A stretch of 64,000 nt of DNA from an uncultured Chloroflexia bacterium (GTDB lineage: Bacteria; Chloroflexota; Limnocylindria; Limnocylindrales; CSP1-4): NCBI GenBank assembly GCA_963750125.1, contig CAVVPT010000026.1:88993-152992 (forward strand), written 5' to 3'. Below the pieces are notes generated by a model. It saw only the letters and a program-made list of their open reading frames with translations, had not been told where the DNA came from and did no database searches. Made by a program: the position numbers and the translations under genes. Below are positions 1 to 10,455 of this stretch, one piece after another. How positions within the stretch are numbered: position 1 is the first letter of the stretch; each line of letters begins with the position of its first letter.

Positions 1-4
1 ATCC

Positions 5-985
5 ATGCCCGCGACCCCCCAGCGCCCCGCCCGTCGCCGTTCCAGTGCCCGCAGCCGGCTGATCGTTGCGGCCGTTGTCGCGAGCCTGCTGGCGGCGTTC
101 GCGGTGTCGGCGCCCGCGAGCGCGCTCCCGTCCTGCCGTATCGGCGACACGCTCACGAAGCATCGCAAGTACCCCGATTGGCACCGGTCGCTGCTCGACA
201 CGTACTACAAGCTCCCGAGCACCTATGCGCCCTCCGGGCGGACGAACACGAGCTATGCCGGCCTGACCAGCGGCTTCTATGTCCGCACGATCATCAGCGC
301 GGACCTCAAGGCGATGGCATCCGCGGCCCGCGGAGCCGGCGCGCGCCTCGCCGTGCAGTCGGCGTACCGGAGCTACGCGAACCAGAAGGCGACATTCGAC
401 TACTGGGTTCGCGTCGACGGTTACGCAACCGCGATCAAGGAGAGCGCGCGCGCCGGGCATAGCGAGCACCAGCTCGGGACCACGCTCGACTTCCGGAGCT
501 ACGGCGGGTCGGCACCATGGAACTACACGGACTGGGCGACGAGCAAGGCCGGCGCCTGGATGAAGGCCAACGCCTGGAAATACGGCTTCATCATGTCGTA
601 CCCGAAGGGCAAATCCGCCGTGACGTGCTACGCCTACGAGCCGTGGCACTACCGCTACGTGGGTCGCGACATGGCCGCGAAGGTCCGTGCGAGCGGGCTC
701 ACGCTGCGCGAGTACCTGTGGAAGCAGCAGACCGCCCCGCCACCAACGCCGACCCCCACGCCTACGCCGACCCCCACGCCCACGCCGAACCCGTCGCCGA
801 CGCCGACTCCCGAGCCGACGCCGACTCCCGAGCCGACGCCGACTCCCGAGCCCACGCCCACGCCTGATCCAGCGCCGACGCCGACCCCTGAGGACGCCCC
901 GGCCGATGAGCAAGCCCCGGATGCGCCACCGGATGCGCCGCCGGATGCGCCACCGTCCGAGGCCCCCGACGTCGAGGGCAGCTAG
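5..985 (+). CDS. Secreted M15B/VanY-family D-Ala-D-Ala carboxypeptidase with Pro/Thr-rich C-terminal tail
   Basis: ATG at 5. Signal-peptide-like N-terminus ([23 protein letters not shown]). M15 zinc-peptidase motifs [17 protein letters not shown] and EPWHYRYVG. The last ~85 aa are P/T/E/D/A low complexity. Confidence 0.85.
   Translation: MPATPQRPARRRSSARSRLIVAAVVASLLAAFAVSAPASALPSCRIGDTLTKHRKYPDWHRSLLDTYYKLPSTYAPSGRTNTSYAGLTSGFYVRTIISADLKAMASAARGAGARLAVQSAYRSYANQKATFDYWVRVDGYATAIKESARAGHSEHQLGTTLDFRSYGGSAPWNYTDWATSKAGAWMKANAWKYGFIMSYPKGKSAVTCYAYEPWHYRYVGRDMAAKVRASGLTLREYLWKQQTAPPPTPTPTPTPTPTPTPNPSPTPTPEPTPTPEPTPTPEPTPTPDPAPTPTPEDAPADEQAPDAPPDAPPDAPPSEAPDVEGS
797..955 (+). repeat. In-frame coding tandem repeats in the peptidase tail: 18-nt unit x3 and 12-nt unit x3
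   Basis: ccgacgccgactcccgag is repeated three times at 797-850 (EPTPTP-type units). gatgcgcc(a/g)ccg is repeated three times at 920-955 (DAPP units). Confidence 0.85.
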
Positions 986-1014
986 GCCCGACTGAGTTAC
1001 ACGCCGCCGTCGGT

Positions 1015-1183
1015 GTCGACGTAGCCGACATTCCGTGACGGCTCGGCGCTGCAACGGTCCGAACGGTCGACCCACGCGACAGTCACGTCGACTCGGGACC
1101 CGCAGCGGTCGAGACCGTCGATGTGATCGACGCTCTTGGACCGGTTTGGTAGGTTTCGGTCGGCGTCTGTCGATAGGGTCGAC
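1015..1183. repeat. Cluster of seven GTCGA(C/T/G) boxes in the intergenic region upstream of the oxidoreductase gene
   Basis: gtcgac at 1015, 1066, 1087 and 1178; gtcgag at 1108. Inverted pair gtcgat-gtg-atcgac at 1117-1131. gtcgat at 1169 lies 9 nt before gtcgac at 1178. Confidence 0.6.
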
Positions 1184-1246
1184 ATCCCGGACCGTCGTGC
1201 AGGCCGCCGTGGGTGCGACCGCCCGCGGGGTGCGTAGGATGGCCGT

Positions 1247-2243
1247 ATGACCGCCATCCCGGACACGTTCCATGCCTACGTCGCCGAACGCCTCGACGAC
1301 CGTGTCGAGCGCGGTGTCCGCCAGTTCCGCGAGCCTGACCTGCCGCCGGGCGAGGTCGAGATTCGGATCGAATGGTCGAGCATCAACTTCAAGGACGGCC
1401 TCGCGACGAGGTTCGACGGCAAGGTCGCCCGACTCAGCCCGCTCATCCCGGGCATCGATCTCGCGGGGGAGGTCGTCGCAAGCGATGACGCGTCCATCCC
1501 CGTCGGTGCACACGTGCTTGCGCACGGGTACGACCTGGGTGTCGTCACGGCACGGCGGCTTCGCCGAGTACCAGCGCGTGCCGGCCGGCTGGGTCGTGCC
1601 GCTCAACGGGCTGACGGCCAGGCAGGCTATGGCAATCGGCACTGCCGGCTTCACGGCCGCCATGTCGGTTGTCGCACTCGAGGAACGCGGCCTGACGCCC
1701 GGGGATGGGCCCGTGCTCGTGACCGGCGCCTCGGGTGGTGTCGGCGGAATGGCCGTGGCGATCCTCGGGCAGCGCGGCTACGAGGTCTGGGCGGCGACCG
1801 GCAAGGACGACGAGATCCCGCGCCTCCGCGATCTCGGCGCGGCCGGCTTCCTGACTCGGGACGAGGTGATGGCCGGAGGCAAAGCGCTCGAATCGGGGCG
1901 CTGGGCCGGTGCGGTCGATGCCGTCGGCGCGGCCACGCTCCCGTACGTGCTGCGCACGCTCCGGCCGGGCGCCACCGTCACTGCAAGCGGCAACGCCAGC
2001 GGACCGAAGCTCGAAGCCACGGTCCTGCCGTTCATCCTGCGCGGCGTCGCGATGCTCGGCATGGATTCCGTGCTGGTGCCGATCGATCGCCGCCGCCGGA
2101 TCTGGGATCGCCTGGCAACCGACCTGAGGCCGCGCTCGCTCGGCGTTAATGTCACCGAACTGACGCTCGAAACGATCGAAGAGGGACTCGATGCGATTGT
2201 CGCCGGCGCCGCACGCGGGCGCTGGGTGGTCCGGATCGCCTAA
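1247..2243 (+). pseudogene. YhdH/AcuI-type NADPH-dependent quinone/acrylyl-CoA reductase (MDR superfamily), reading frame broken once near 1545
   Basis: ORF 1247..2149 supplies the N-terminal part (EIRIEWSSINFKDGLA, IPGIDLAGEVV). ORF 1272..2243 supplies the rest (RHGGFAEYQRVPAGWVVPLNGLTARQAMAIGTAGFTAA, VTGASGGVGG). The join at ggtgtcgtcacggcacggc is consistent with one extra base. Confidence 0.8.
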
Positions 2244-2260
2244 GACCGTTCGGGCCGCGC

Positions 2261-3083
2261 TCAGCTCGCCCCGCGCCTGGGCCGCGGCCCGCCGAAGCGG
2301 ACGCCGGACGTCCTCGGCAGGAAAGGCCGGGTACGGGTTCGACGCGAGCGCTTCCTCGATGGTCGAGCTCACCCGCGGCGATGCGTCGCCCGAGATCCGC
2401 GACGACGTGCAGGGCCGCGGCCTGTTCGGCAACCCAGTCCGGGCCGCCGGCGTCGCCGTGACCCGGGACCGCGATGCGCTCCACCAGCAGCGACAGCCGA
2501 TCGACGGTGGCCGGCCACTCGAGCGGGTACGAGTCGCCGAACGACGGGACGGCGCCGCCTTCGAGCAGGTCCCCGGCGAACATGACGGCCGTTCCCGGGA
2601 CAAGCACGATCGCGTCGTGGTCGGTGTGGCCGCGGCCCAGGTAGCGCAGCTCGATCTGACGATCGCCCACGTCCACGACGGCCTGCTCCTCGAACGTCCG
2701 GTCGGGCGGGTCGACGACGACCTCGCGCAGCTCGGCGGCGAGCTCGGGCAGCTGGCGCGACCAGTTGCGGCCGGCGCGCGTCGCCGGTCCGTGCCATGAA
2801 CGGCCCGCAGCCGACGTGGCCCCAGATCGTGGCGGGGCGGAACACCGCGTTCCCGAAGGCATGGTCGTAGTGGCCGTGCGTGTCGACGACGACCTCGACG
2901 GGTGCGGACGTCAGCTGGCGCAGGTCGTCGAGGATCTCGCGCGCCTGTGGGTACGTCGTACGGGTATCGATGACCAGGACCGCGTCGCGCGCCGAGAACG
3001 ACGCCGATGTTCTGGTCGTAGAACGCATAGCGCCGGACGAAGATCCGGTCACCGATCTCCGTCCAGCGCGACGGTGCAGCCAC
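2261..3083 (-). pseudogene. MBL-fold metallo-hydrolase, at least three frame changes; both ends approximate
   Basis: Pieces lie in three minus-strand frames: RWTEIGDRIFVRRYAFYDQNIGVVLGA, then DAVLVIDTRTTYPQAREILDDL..VVVDTHGHYDHAFGN (HxHxDH motif), then IELRYLGRGHTDHDAIVLVPGTAVMFAGDLL..VPGHGD, then TIEEALASNPYPAFP. Apparent +1 insertions near 2988, ~2795 and 2368. No in-frame stop follows the last piece, so a fourth error or a lost stop is likely. Confidence 0.7.
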
Positions 3084-3133
3084 GGTGAAGGGTATCGCCC
3101 GGAGCCGTGGCAATGTCCCCGGGCGATCACCCG

Positions 3134-4079
3134 TCAGGCGCCGATCGGCGCGGGAGCGCTCTTCGGCGCCGCGGTCTGGCCGGCCCCGTTCCACGGAGCG
3201 TGCGCCATGCCCAGGAGCAGGATCGCCCCGAGACCGAGGATGCTCGCGACGGCCGTTGCCATGCCACCCACGACCGGCACGAGACCGATGACCTGCAGGA
3301 GGACGAGCCCCAGCAGCGCACCCCGGTACGGGCGGGCAACGGCCGGTTCCTTGCGCGTTCCGAGCAGCTCCTCGCCAAGGAAGATCCCTCCAACGAGGAA
3401 GCCGACGAAGGCGAGCAACGGCAACGCACCGAGCAGGATCCCGAGCCCGAGCGGGGCGCCGACGATCGTCACGATGGCTGCGATTGCCAGGATCGGAATC
3501 AGAATGGCGGCAAACAGGCCGGTCCCGAACGCCTTCAGGGGTTCGGCGGCAATCACCGATTCGGCCGCCCGCACCTGGCGGGTGCCCACCGCGGCGAGGA
3601 GCAACCCGGCGACAAGCGATGCGAGCAGCATCCCGATCGCGAACAGGAGGATTGCGGGTCCGAGGAACGCGCCCAGCGCGATCAGCTCGGCGTCGATGCC
3701 CTTGATGTCCCCGCCGATGTCCACGCCTGCGGCCTGGGTAACGGTCGACTCGATTGAGCGGACGTTGCCGAGGACCGTGGTTCCTTCCTCGAGCGCGAGC
3801 GTCCCACTCGACGATCATGATGGTCTCGACGGTCGCACCATGGAGCGTCGCGTTCCCGTCGATCACCGTCAGCGTCTTGACGGTTCCGGCGATGTCAGCG
3901 TCGCCGTTGGCTACGAAGACGACATCGGCTTGCTCGCCGACAGGCACCGCGATGTCGCCGCCGAACGCCATCAGGACTCGTCCGGTGTTTGGGAAGATCT
4001 TCGTTCGCCGCCAGACGACGGGGGCGGCGAACGCCGCGACGACGAGGACGGCCGCGAAGAGGCCAGCCAGGCGCTTCAT
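3134..4079 (-). pseudogene. Membrane protein: N-terminal anchor, beta-helix-like repeat region (bactofilin/DUF583-like), C-terminal multi-TM domain; one frame change near 3810
   Basis: The N-terminal part comes from the 844-aa ORF (MKRLAGLFAAVLVVAAFAAP..GDIAVPVGEQADVVFVANGDADIAGTVKTLTVIDGNATLHGATVETIMIVE). It continues in the frame of ORF 3134..3724 (TLALEEGTTVLGNVRSIESTVTQAAGVDIGGDIKGID, then 4-5 hydrophobic helices). Confidence 0.6.
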
Positions 4080-4374
4080 GCTGGATGCCTCCTCCGGCTT
4101 TGGTGGATCGGCAGCGGCTCGCGATGTCGAACACGGCGCGGCGTGCCTCCGGTCGGACGAGCACAGTCATGACCGCGGTGATGGTCAGGGACACGAACAG
4201 GGAGAGCGCAAACAGCGCCAACGCGCGAGGCATTCAACCTCCTTCGGGACGCTGATGGGAGCGCACATGGAGCGTGCGCCGCGAAGCGCACCGTGTCACC
4301 GGCCGGTTGGCCCCTTCGGGACGGTCCGAGCGACCCGGACGCGAGGTGGTGCTACCATCGGCCGACAACCGAAT

Positions 4375-4470
4375 ACGCCTCCGGGGAGCGCCATCGAGCG
4401 CTGAGAGTGTGGCGACCGCCACAGACCCGCGGAACCTGATCTGGTTCGTACCAGCGAAGGAAGCAGGCCA
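4375..4470 (+). promoter_or_regulatory. TPP (THI-box) riboswitch
   Basis: ccggggagcgcc..gcgCTGAGAgtgtgg..cacagACCCgcgGAACCTGATCTGGTTCGTACCAGCGAAGGAAgc matches the conserved THI-box core (CUGAGA, ACCC, GAACCUGAUC.GG.U.AUACC.GCG.AGGGA). It lies ~75 nt upstream of a thiamine-precursor ECF S-component gene. Confidence 0.85.
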
Positions 4471-4542
4471 TCCGACTCGACGCCGTCCGCCGTTCCCCGG
4501 TCGGCGATTGATTTCCTGCCCACAGTCGGAGGTTCGGGAGCG

Positions 4543-5136
4543 ATGGTCAGCACGGGACAGGCACCGGCATACGGCGCGGCGGCTCCGGACACGTGGCGCA
4601 CGCGGGACATCGTCGTCACCGCGGTGATCGGCGTGGCGTTCGGCGTCGTCTTCTGGTTCTGGAACACGATCTGGGCGCCCCTCGACGTCGTATTCGCGCT
4701 GGCACCGTGGGCGAAGGACCTGCTCTATGCCGTCTGGCTCATCCCTGCGGTCCTCGCGCCGCTGATCGTGCGCAAGCGTGGCGCGGCGATCTTCGCGGAG
4801 ATGACCGCAGCCGGCGTGTCGGCGCTGCTGGGCAGCCAATGGGGGCCCGACGTCCTCCTCTCGGGGTTCGTGCAGGGGGCAGCTGCGGAGCTCGTGTTCG
4901 CGATGACGTTCTATCGCTCGTACGCGTTCCCGACGCTGGTCGCCGCGGCCGTGGCAAGCGCGGCCGCCGCGTGGATCCACGACTGGGCGCTGTACTACGC
5001 AGCGGTCGACCCCCTCGTCCAGTTCGTCCGTGGGGCGATGATGGCGATCTCGGCCGCGATCATCGTGGCCGGCGGGTCGGTCCTGATCGAGCGCTCGCTG
5101 CGCCAGTCCGGCGTGCTCCAGGGCTTCCCGGATTGA
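4543..5136 (+). CDS. ykoE: ECF transporter substrate-specific (S) component, YkoE-type (HMP/thiamine precursor)
   Basis: 197-aa polytopic membrane protein with a ggagg SD upstream. It is preceded by the TPP riboswitch and followed by a duplicated ECF ATPase and a T component. Confidence 0.8.
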   Translation: MVSTGQAPAYGAAAPDTWRTRDIVVTAVIGVAFGVVFWFWNTIWAPLDVVFALAPWAKDLLYAVWLIPAVLAPLIVRKRGAAIFAEMTAAGVSALLGSQWGPDVLLSGFVQGAAAELVFAMTFYRSYAFPTLVAAAVASAAAAWIHDWALYYAAVDPLVQFVRGAMMAISAAIIVAGGSVLIERSLRQSGVLQGFPD

Positions 5137-5143
5137 CGGTCGC

Positions 5144-6616
5144 GTGAACGACGGACCCGGGTCGATCCGCGCACGCGACCTCGGGTTCCGCCATGCCGGT
5201 GCGACCCGCTCGGCGCTGTCGGACGTCTCGTTCGACGTCGAGGCAGGGCAGACGCTGCTGATCGTCGGCCCGTCCGGATCCGGCAAGAGCACGCTCGGGC
5301 TCGCCATCGCCGGCCTCGTGCCGCGCGACGTCGACGGCGCATTCGAGGGCTCGCTCGAGGTCGACGGGATCGAAACCCGCACATGGGAGCCCGCCGCGCT
5401 GTCGGCGCGCGTCGGGATCGTGTTCCAGGACCCGGAGAGCCAGCTCGTCATGGAGTACGTCGAGGACGACATCGCGTTCGGACTCGAGAACCGGGGGTGG
5501 CTCCGGGGCCGGATGCTCGCCAGAGTGCCTGAGGCACTCCGCGAGGTCCGCCTCGAAGGCTTCGAGCGCCGGCGGACCTCCCGCCTGTCGGGCGGCGAGC
5601 AGCAGCGAGTCGCGCTCGGCGGTGTCCTTGCGGCGCTGCCCGGCATCCTCGTCCTCGACGAGCCAACCGCGAACCTGGATCCGCGCGGGACCGCCGACTT
5701 CTTTGCCCGGCTCGCCGCGATCAAGTCGCAGGGCGACACGTCGATCGTCCTCGTCGAGCACCGCGTCGACCTGGCGTGGCCGCTGGCTGACCTCGTCCTG
5801 GCCCTCGACCGCGATGGCCGGCCGATCGACCTCGGGCGTCCCGACGAGGTGCTCGTGCGCTCCGGCGTACGCATGCGTCGCGAAGGAATCTGGCTTCCCG
5901 AACGGTCCCCGTGGCCCGGCCCGGTCGGCGTGCCGGCCAGCCCGACCGGCCCGAGCCTCATCGAGGCGCGCGGCGTGCGCTTCGGCTACGACCACACGAA
6001 CCCGATCCTGCGCGACATCGATCTGGTCGCGGGGCGAGCCGAGCGGATCGCGCTCGTCGGACCGAACGGCAGCGGCAAATCGACGCTCGGGCGCCTGCTC
6101 GTCGGCCTCCTGCGACCCGACCACGGGACGATGCTGCTCGGCGCCGATGAGCCGTCGCGGCTGCCACCCGCTGAGCTCGCACGCAGGGCGGGGTACGTTT
6201 TCCAGGACCCGGAGACCCAGTTCCTCACGAACACCGTCGAAGACGAGGTCATGCTCGGCCTCCGGCCGGATGAGCGGGCCGCGTCCGGCGAGCTCATGGA
6301 CCGCCTCGGGCTGCCGCTCGCCGAGTTCGGCGCCCGCAGCCCGTACCTGCTGTCGGGCGGCGAGGCGCGCAGGTTGTCCCTGGCATGCGTGCTTGTCCGC
6401 TGGCCGCAGGTGCTGGTCCTCGACGAGCCGACGTTCGGCCAGGACCGCCACGGGCACGAGGCCCTGGTCGAGATCATCCACGAGCGGCTCGAGACGGGGA
6501 TCTGCCTGTTCACCGCAACGCACGATCGGCGCTTCGTCGAGCAGGTGGCGGACCGGATCATCGAGCTCGGGGCAGGCTGGATCGTCGACGACCGAGCAAT
6601 CACGCGGGCCGCCTGA
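5144..6616 (+). CDS. ykoD: ECF transporter duplicated ATPase (two ABC domains), YkoD-type
   Basis: Two Walker A motifs (GPSGSGKST, GPNGSGKST), two LSGGE signatures (LSGGEQQRVAL, LSGGEARRLSL) and two Walker B motifs (LVLDEPT). Confidence 0.9.
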   Translation: MNDGPGSIRARDLGFRHAGATRSALSDVSFDVEAGQTLLIVGPSGSGKSTLGLAIAGLVPRDVDGAFEGSLEVDGIETRTWEPAALSARVGIVFQDPESQLVMEYVEDDIAFGLENRGWLRGRMLARVPEALREVRLEGFERRRTSRLSGGEQQRVALGGVLAALPGILVLDEPTANLDPRGTADFFARLAAIKSQGDTSIVLVEHRVDLAWPLADLVLALDRDGRPIDLGRPDEVLVRSGVRMRREGIWLPERSPWPGPVGVPASPTGPSLIEARGVRFGYDHTNPILRDIDLVAGRAERIALVGPNGSGKSTLGRLLVGLLRPDHGTMLLGADEPSRLPPAELARRAGYVFQDPETQFLTNTVEDEVMLGLRPDERAASGELMDRLGLPLAEFGARSPYLLSGGEARRLSLACVLVRWPQVLVLDEPTFGQDRHGHEALVEIIHERLETGICLFTATHDRRFVEQVADRIIELGAGWIVDDRAITRAA

Positions 6617-7377
6617 TGATCAGCGCCCCGGACCTGTCACAGACCCAGCTCGACAGTCCACTGGGGCGCACGAGCCCGGTCGTCAAGCTCGCGGTCGCGA
6701 TCGGCTGGCTGGTCGCGCTCGCGTTCACGCTCGAGCCGCTGCCCCCGGTCGCAGTCGCCGTCCTTGCACTCGGTGCCGGGCTGTGGCTCGGCGAGATTCC
6801 GATGGGTCATCTGGCGCGGGCACTCGCCCCGCTGTGGCTGGCGGCCCTCGGGATCGGCCTGTTCAACACTCTCTTCTCACCGGCGAATCTCGACCCCTCG
6901 GCGGCCGAGCTGGTCACGATCGGGCCGTTCCGGATCACGGCGCCGGCGCTGATGAGCGGCGTCAGCCTCGCCCTGCGGGTGCTCGCGATCGCCACGGTCG
7001 GAGCGGTGTTCGCGCTCACGACGGACTCGACGAAGCTTGTCGACAGCCTCGTCCAGCAGGCGCGGGTCCCTGAGCGCTTCGCCTACGGCACGCTGGCCGC
7101 GTACCAGGCAATCCCGCGCTTCGCCGAGGACCTCGCGACGCTGCGCCAGGCGCGACGAATCCGCGGCCTGAGTGGTGGCTGGCACCCGCGGCTGCTCGTG
7201 AGCCTCCTCGTCCTCGCGATCCGCCACGGGGACCGCAAGGCACTCGCGATGGATGCGCGCGCCTTCGGGTCGGTGCCGCGCTCGGCGTACCGGGTCGTCG
7301 TCTGGGGACCGTACGACGTCTGGATCGCGCTCGCCGGTCTGTTCGTCGCCTGGGCGGTGCTGGTGATCGGTCGGTGA
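6616..7377 (+). CDS. ykoC: ECF transporter transmembrane (T) component, YkoC/CbiQ family
   Basis: The ATG overlaps the ykoD stop (tgATGa). Hydrophobic protein with a CbiQ-type ARRIRG loop (LRQARRIRGL). Confidence 0.8.
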   Translation: MISAPDLSQTQLDSPLGRTSPVVKLAVAIGWLVALAFTLEPLPPVAVAVLALGAGLWLGEIPMGHLARALAPLWLAALGIGLFNTLFSPANLDPSAAELVTIGPFRITAPALMSGVSLALRVLAIATVGAVFALTTDSTKLVDSLVQQARVPERFAYGTLAAYQAIPRFAEDLATLRQARRIRGLSGGWHPRLLVSLLVLAIRHGDRKALAMDARAFGSVPRSAYRVVVWGPYDVWIALAGLFVAWAVLVIGR

Positions 7378-7452
7378 GACGGTGCATCGCCGGCCGTCCT
7401 CCGATGCGATGATCCCGGCCAAGCCGATTCGAGGGACGTTGCGGAGGGTCAC

Positions 7453-8751
7453 GTGGGCGACGCGCGAACGATCGTCTTCTTCCCCGAGGGTGCCTACGGG
7501 CCCACGAACAACTGCGTCGGGATCGGGCAGGTGCTGCGCGGCCGCGGCCACCGGGTCGTGTTCATCGTGGAGGAGTCGTTCGCCGGCACGCTCGAGGCCA
7601 AGGGATTCGAAGAGCGACTGATGCGTCTCGGGCCGCCGCCGGAGGAACCCGAGGTCCCCGGCCAGTTCTGGATCGACTTCATCCGCGACACGGCGCCCGT
7701 CTTCCGCAAGAGCACGCTCGAGCAGATCGGCGAGTTCATCGCCCCGACGTGGCAGGCGCTCATCGACGGGGCGAAGCACGTCAATCCGCGACTCGAGGAG
7801 ATCATCGGCGAGCTCGAGCCGGACGCGATCGTCGAGGACAACGTCGTGTCGTTCCCGGCCGTCATGGCGGCGGGGCGGCCGTGGGTCCGGATCGTGTCGT
7901 GCAACCCGGCCGAACTCAAGGACCCGTTGGTCGCCCCGTTCTCGTCGGGCTACCCGGCCGCGGACCGTGCGGCATGGCCGTCGTTCATCGCCGAGTACCG
8001 CCGCGCGCATGCCGACATGTGGGCCGACTTCGACGCGTTCTGTCGCGAGCACGGGGCGGGTGGCCTAGCCGACGGGGAGCTCGGCCCCGAGTTCATGCAT
8101 GAGTCCCCGTACCTCAACCTGTACGCGTACCCGGCCGAGGCCGACTACGAACGGGCGAATCCGCTCGGTCCCACGTGGCATCGCCTCGACTCGACCGTCA
8201 GGGCGCCCGAGATGACGTGGGACCTTCCCGCCCACCTCTCGGAACGCCCCGGTGCGCTGATCTACCTGTCGCTGGGCAGTCTCGGCTCAGCGGACGTCGG
8301 GCTGATGCAGCGCCTGGTCGACCTGCTGGGGCGAACCGAACACCGGGTGATCGTGTCGAAGGGGCCGCTGGCCGACCAGATCACGCTTCACGACAACATG
8401 ACCGGCGAGGGCTTCCTTCCGCAGCCGGCGATCCTGCCAATCGTCGATCTCGTGATCACCCATGGCGGCAACAACACGGTCACCGAGGGGTTCCACCACG
8501 GCAAACCGATGATCGTGCTGCCGCTGTTCTGGGACCAGGTCGACAACGCCCAGCGCGTCGACGAGACCTTGTTTGGTCGTCGCTTTCCAGCGTACGATTT
8601 TGCGGACGCGGACTTCCTCCGCGCGATCGACGACCTCCTCGCGGACCGGGCGCTGCACGAGCGGATGGCGGCAATGAGCACCCGGATCAAGGGCACCTCG
8701 GGGACCGTCCGGGCCGCCGAACTGATCGAGGGCGTCGCGCGAGGAGGCTGA
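7453..8751 (+). CDS. GT1-family (UDP-glycosyltransferase/MGT-like) glycosyltransferase
   Basis: 432 aa. N-terminal GxxGPxNxxxGI acceptor-domain start. C-terminal donor motif ITHGGNNTVTEGFHHGKPMIVLPLFWDQ. Confidence 0.8.
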   Translation: MGDARTIVFFPEGAYGPTNNCVGIGQVLRGRGHRVVFIVEESFAGTLEAKGFEERLMRLGPPPEEPEVPGQFWIDFIRDTAPVFRKSTLEQIGEFIAPTWQALIDGAKHVNPRLEEIIGELEPDAIVEDNVVSFPAVMAAGRPWVRIVSCNPAELKDPLVAPFSSGYPAADRAAWPSFIAEYRRAHADMWADFDAFCREHGAGGLADGELGPEFMHESPYLNLYAYPAEADYERANPLGPTWHRLDSTVRAPEMTWDLPAHLSERPGALIYLSLGSLGSADVGLMQRLVDLLGRTEHRVIVSKGPLADQITLHDNMTGEGFLPQPAILPIVDLVITHGGNNTVTEGFHHGKPMIVLPLFWDQVDNAQRVDETLFGRRFPAYDFADADFLRAIDDLLADRALHERMAAMSTRIKGTSGTVRAAELIEGVARGG

Positions 8752-8847
8752 CCGCCGTCGCGTGGGACGCGTCGCGGTGGAGGTTCGGCGCCGCCGGGTG
8801 CACAATCGTCCACACGATTGCGACAGCCGCCGCGCCGACCGCGCGCC

Positions 8848-10308
8848 ATGGAGGGCCCCGTGACCGAGACGCTTCCCGCAGTTTCGACCTACCAGCAGTT
8901 CATCGGCGGCTCCTTCGTCGATGCCGCCTCGGGCGAGACCATCGACGTCGAGAACCCGGCCACCGGCGAGGTCATTGCCAAGGTCCCGGGGAGCGCCGCG
9001 GAGGACGTCGACCGGGCCGTCAACGCCGCCGAGCAGGCGTACGCGACCTGGAAGAATACGACGCCGCAGGACCGCAGCCTGCTCCTGCTCAAGATCGCCA
9101 ATTCGCTCGAGGCCGCTTCGAACGAGATTGGCCGTCTCGAGAGCCAGAACGCGGGCAAGCCAGTGGGCGCCGCGATCGACGAGATCCTGACCTGCGCCGA
9201 CCTGTTCCGGTTCTTCGCAGGCGCCGCGCGCGTGCCCGAGGGTCTCGCGGCGACGGAGTACCTGGCCGGCCACACCTCGTTCATCCGCCGCGACCCGGTT
9301 GGCGTGGTGGCCAGTATCGCGCCGTGGAACTACCCGCTGTACATGGCCAGCTGGAAGCTCGGCCCGGCGCTCGCGACCGGCAACACGGTCGTTCTCAAGC
9401 CGTCGATTCGGACGCCGCTCAGCGCGCTTCGCTTCGCCCAGATCCTCGCCGAACATCTGCCGCCGGGCGTGGTCAACGTGCTGTCGGGCGCGGGTTCGGC
9501 TATCGGCGATGAACTGGTGAGCCACCCGAAGGTACGGATGGTCTCCATCACCGGCGACACGGCGACGGGAAAGCGCATCGCGCAGCTCGCGGCGGGCACC
9601 GTCAAGCGGCTCCACCTCGAGCTTGGCGGAAAGGCGCCGGTGATCATCTTCGACGACGCTGACCTCGACCTCGCGGCCGAGACGCTGAAGGCGGCCGGCT
9701 ACTGGAACGCGGGCCAGGATTGCACCGCGGCGACGCGGGTCATCGCCGGCCCGGCGGTCTACGACGAGTTCGTCGGCAAGCTCAGCGACCAGGTCCGGTC
9801 GATCAAGTGGGGCGATCCGGCCGATGCCGACGACATCGACATGGGCTCGCTGATTGCGAAGGCGCATGTCGAGAAGGTGGCAGGCATGGTCGACCGCGCG
9901 CGCGATGGCGCCGAGGTCGTCGTTGGCGGCAGCTCGCCGGACCGAAAGGGCTACTACTACGAGCCCACGGTCATCGCCGGTCCCAACCAGAAGAGCGAGA
10001 TCATCCAGGACGAGATCTTCGGCCCGGTCGTGACCGTCCAGCGCTTCAGCGACGAGGAGCAGGCGATCACCTGGGCGAACGACACGCCGTACGGCCTCGC
10101 GTCATCGGTCTTCACGGGCGACATCGGGCGCGCGATGCGCGTGGCCAAGGCGCTCGAGTTCGGGCACGTCTGGATCAACGAGCACTTCACGCTGACCTCG
10201 GAGACGCCGCACGGAGGCATGAAGCAGTCCGGGTGGGGCAAGGACGGGTCGAAGTACGCGCTTGAGGACTACACCGTCATCAAGCACGTGATGATCAACA
10301 TCGGCTGA
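8848..10308 (+). CDS. NAD-dependent aldehyde dehydrogenase (aminobutyraldehyde/betaine-aldehyde dehydrogenase-like)
   Basis: ALDH motifs are present: PWNYPL, VVLKPS, ELGGKAP, and the catalytic-Cys region [11 protein letters not shown]. Start taken at the ATG at 8848 (MEGPVTE). Confidence 0.9.
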   Translation: MEGPVTETLPAVSTYQQFIGGSFVDAASGETIDVENPATGEVIAKVPGSAAEDVDRAVNAAEQAYATWKNTTPQDRSLLLLKIANSLEAASNEIGRLESQNAGKPVGAAIDEILTCADLFRFFAGAARVPEGLAATEYLAGHTSFIRRDPVGVVASIAPWNYPLYMASWKLGPALATGNTVVLKPSIRTPLSALRFAQILAEHLPPGVVNVLSGAGSAIGDELVSHPKVRMVSITGDTATGKRIAQLAAGTVKRLHLELGGKAPVIIFDDADLDLAAETLKAAGYWNAGQDCTAATRVIAGPAVYDEFVGKLSDQVRSIKWGDPADADDIDMGSLIAKAHVEKVAGMVDRARDGAEVVVGGSSPDRKGYYYEPTVIAGPNQKSEIIQDEIFGPVVTVQRFSDEEQAITWANDTPYGLASSVFTGDIGRAMRVAKALEFGHVWINEHFTLTSETPHGGMKQSGWGKDGSKYALEDYTVIKHVMINIG

Positions 10309-10455
10309 CGGCTGGCGCCCGATTTCCGTCCCAGGCTTCGTTGACCCGCTGCGCGCCTCGCTCACGCACATCCGAGTGCGCTCGCTCCGGTGCTCGGGGT
10401 CGCCTTGCTCGGAACGGTCTCGAGCGCGCGAACACAGTGGCTCCGTAAGTGAGCG

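Noticed and set aside
997-1266. 89-aa minus-strand ORF covering the GTCGA-box spacer
   Set aside because: It is Arg/Ser-rich with no motif. It would overlap the start of the oxidoreductase gene, so the repeated boxes are the more parsimonious explanation of the sequence.
1545-4079. 844-aa minus-strand ORF, the longest ORF in the left part of the window
   Set aside because: It is a composite. Only short stretches are real coding sequence: the N-terminus of the membrane protein at 4079-3810 and two pieces of the MBL hydrolase. The rest is Arg/Pro/Gly-rich antisense or out-of-frame read-through of other genes, as expected at ~70% G+C where stop codons are rare.
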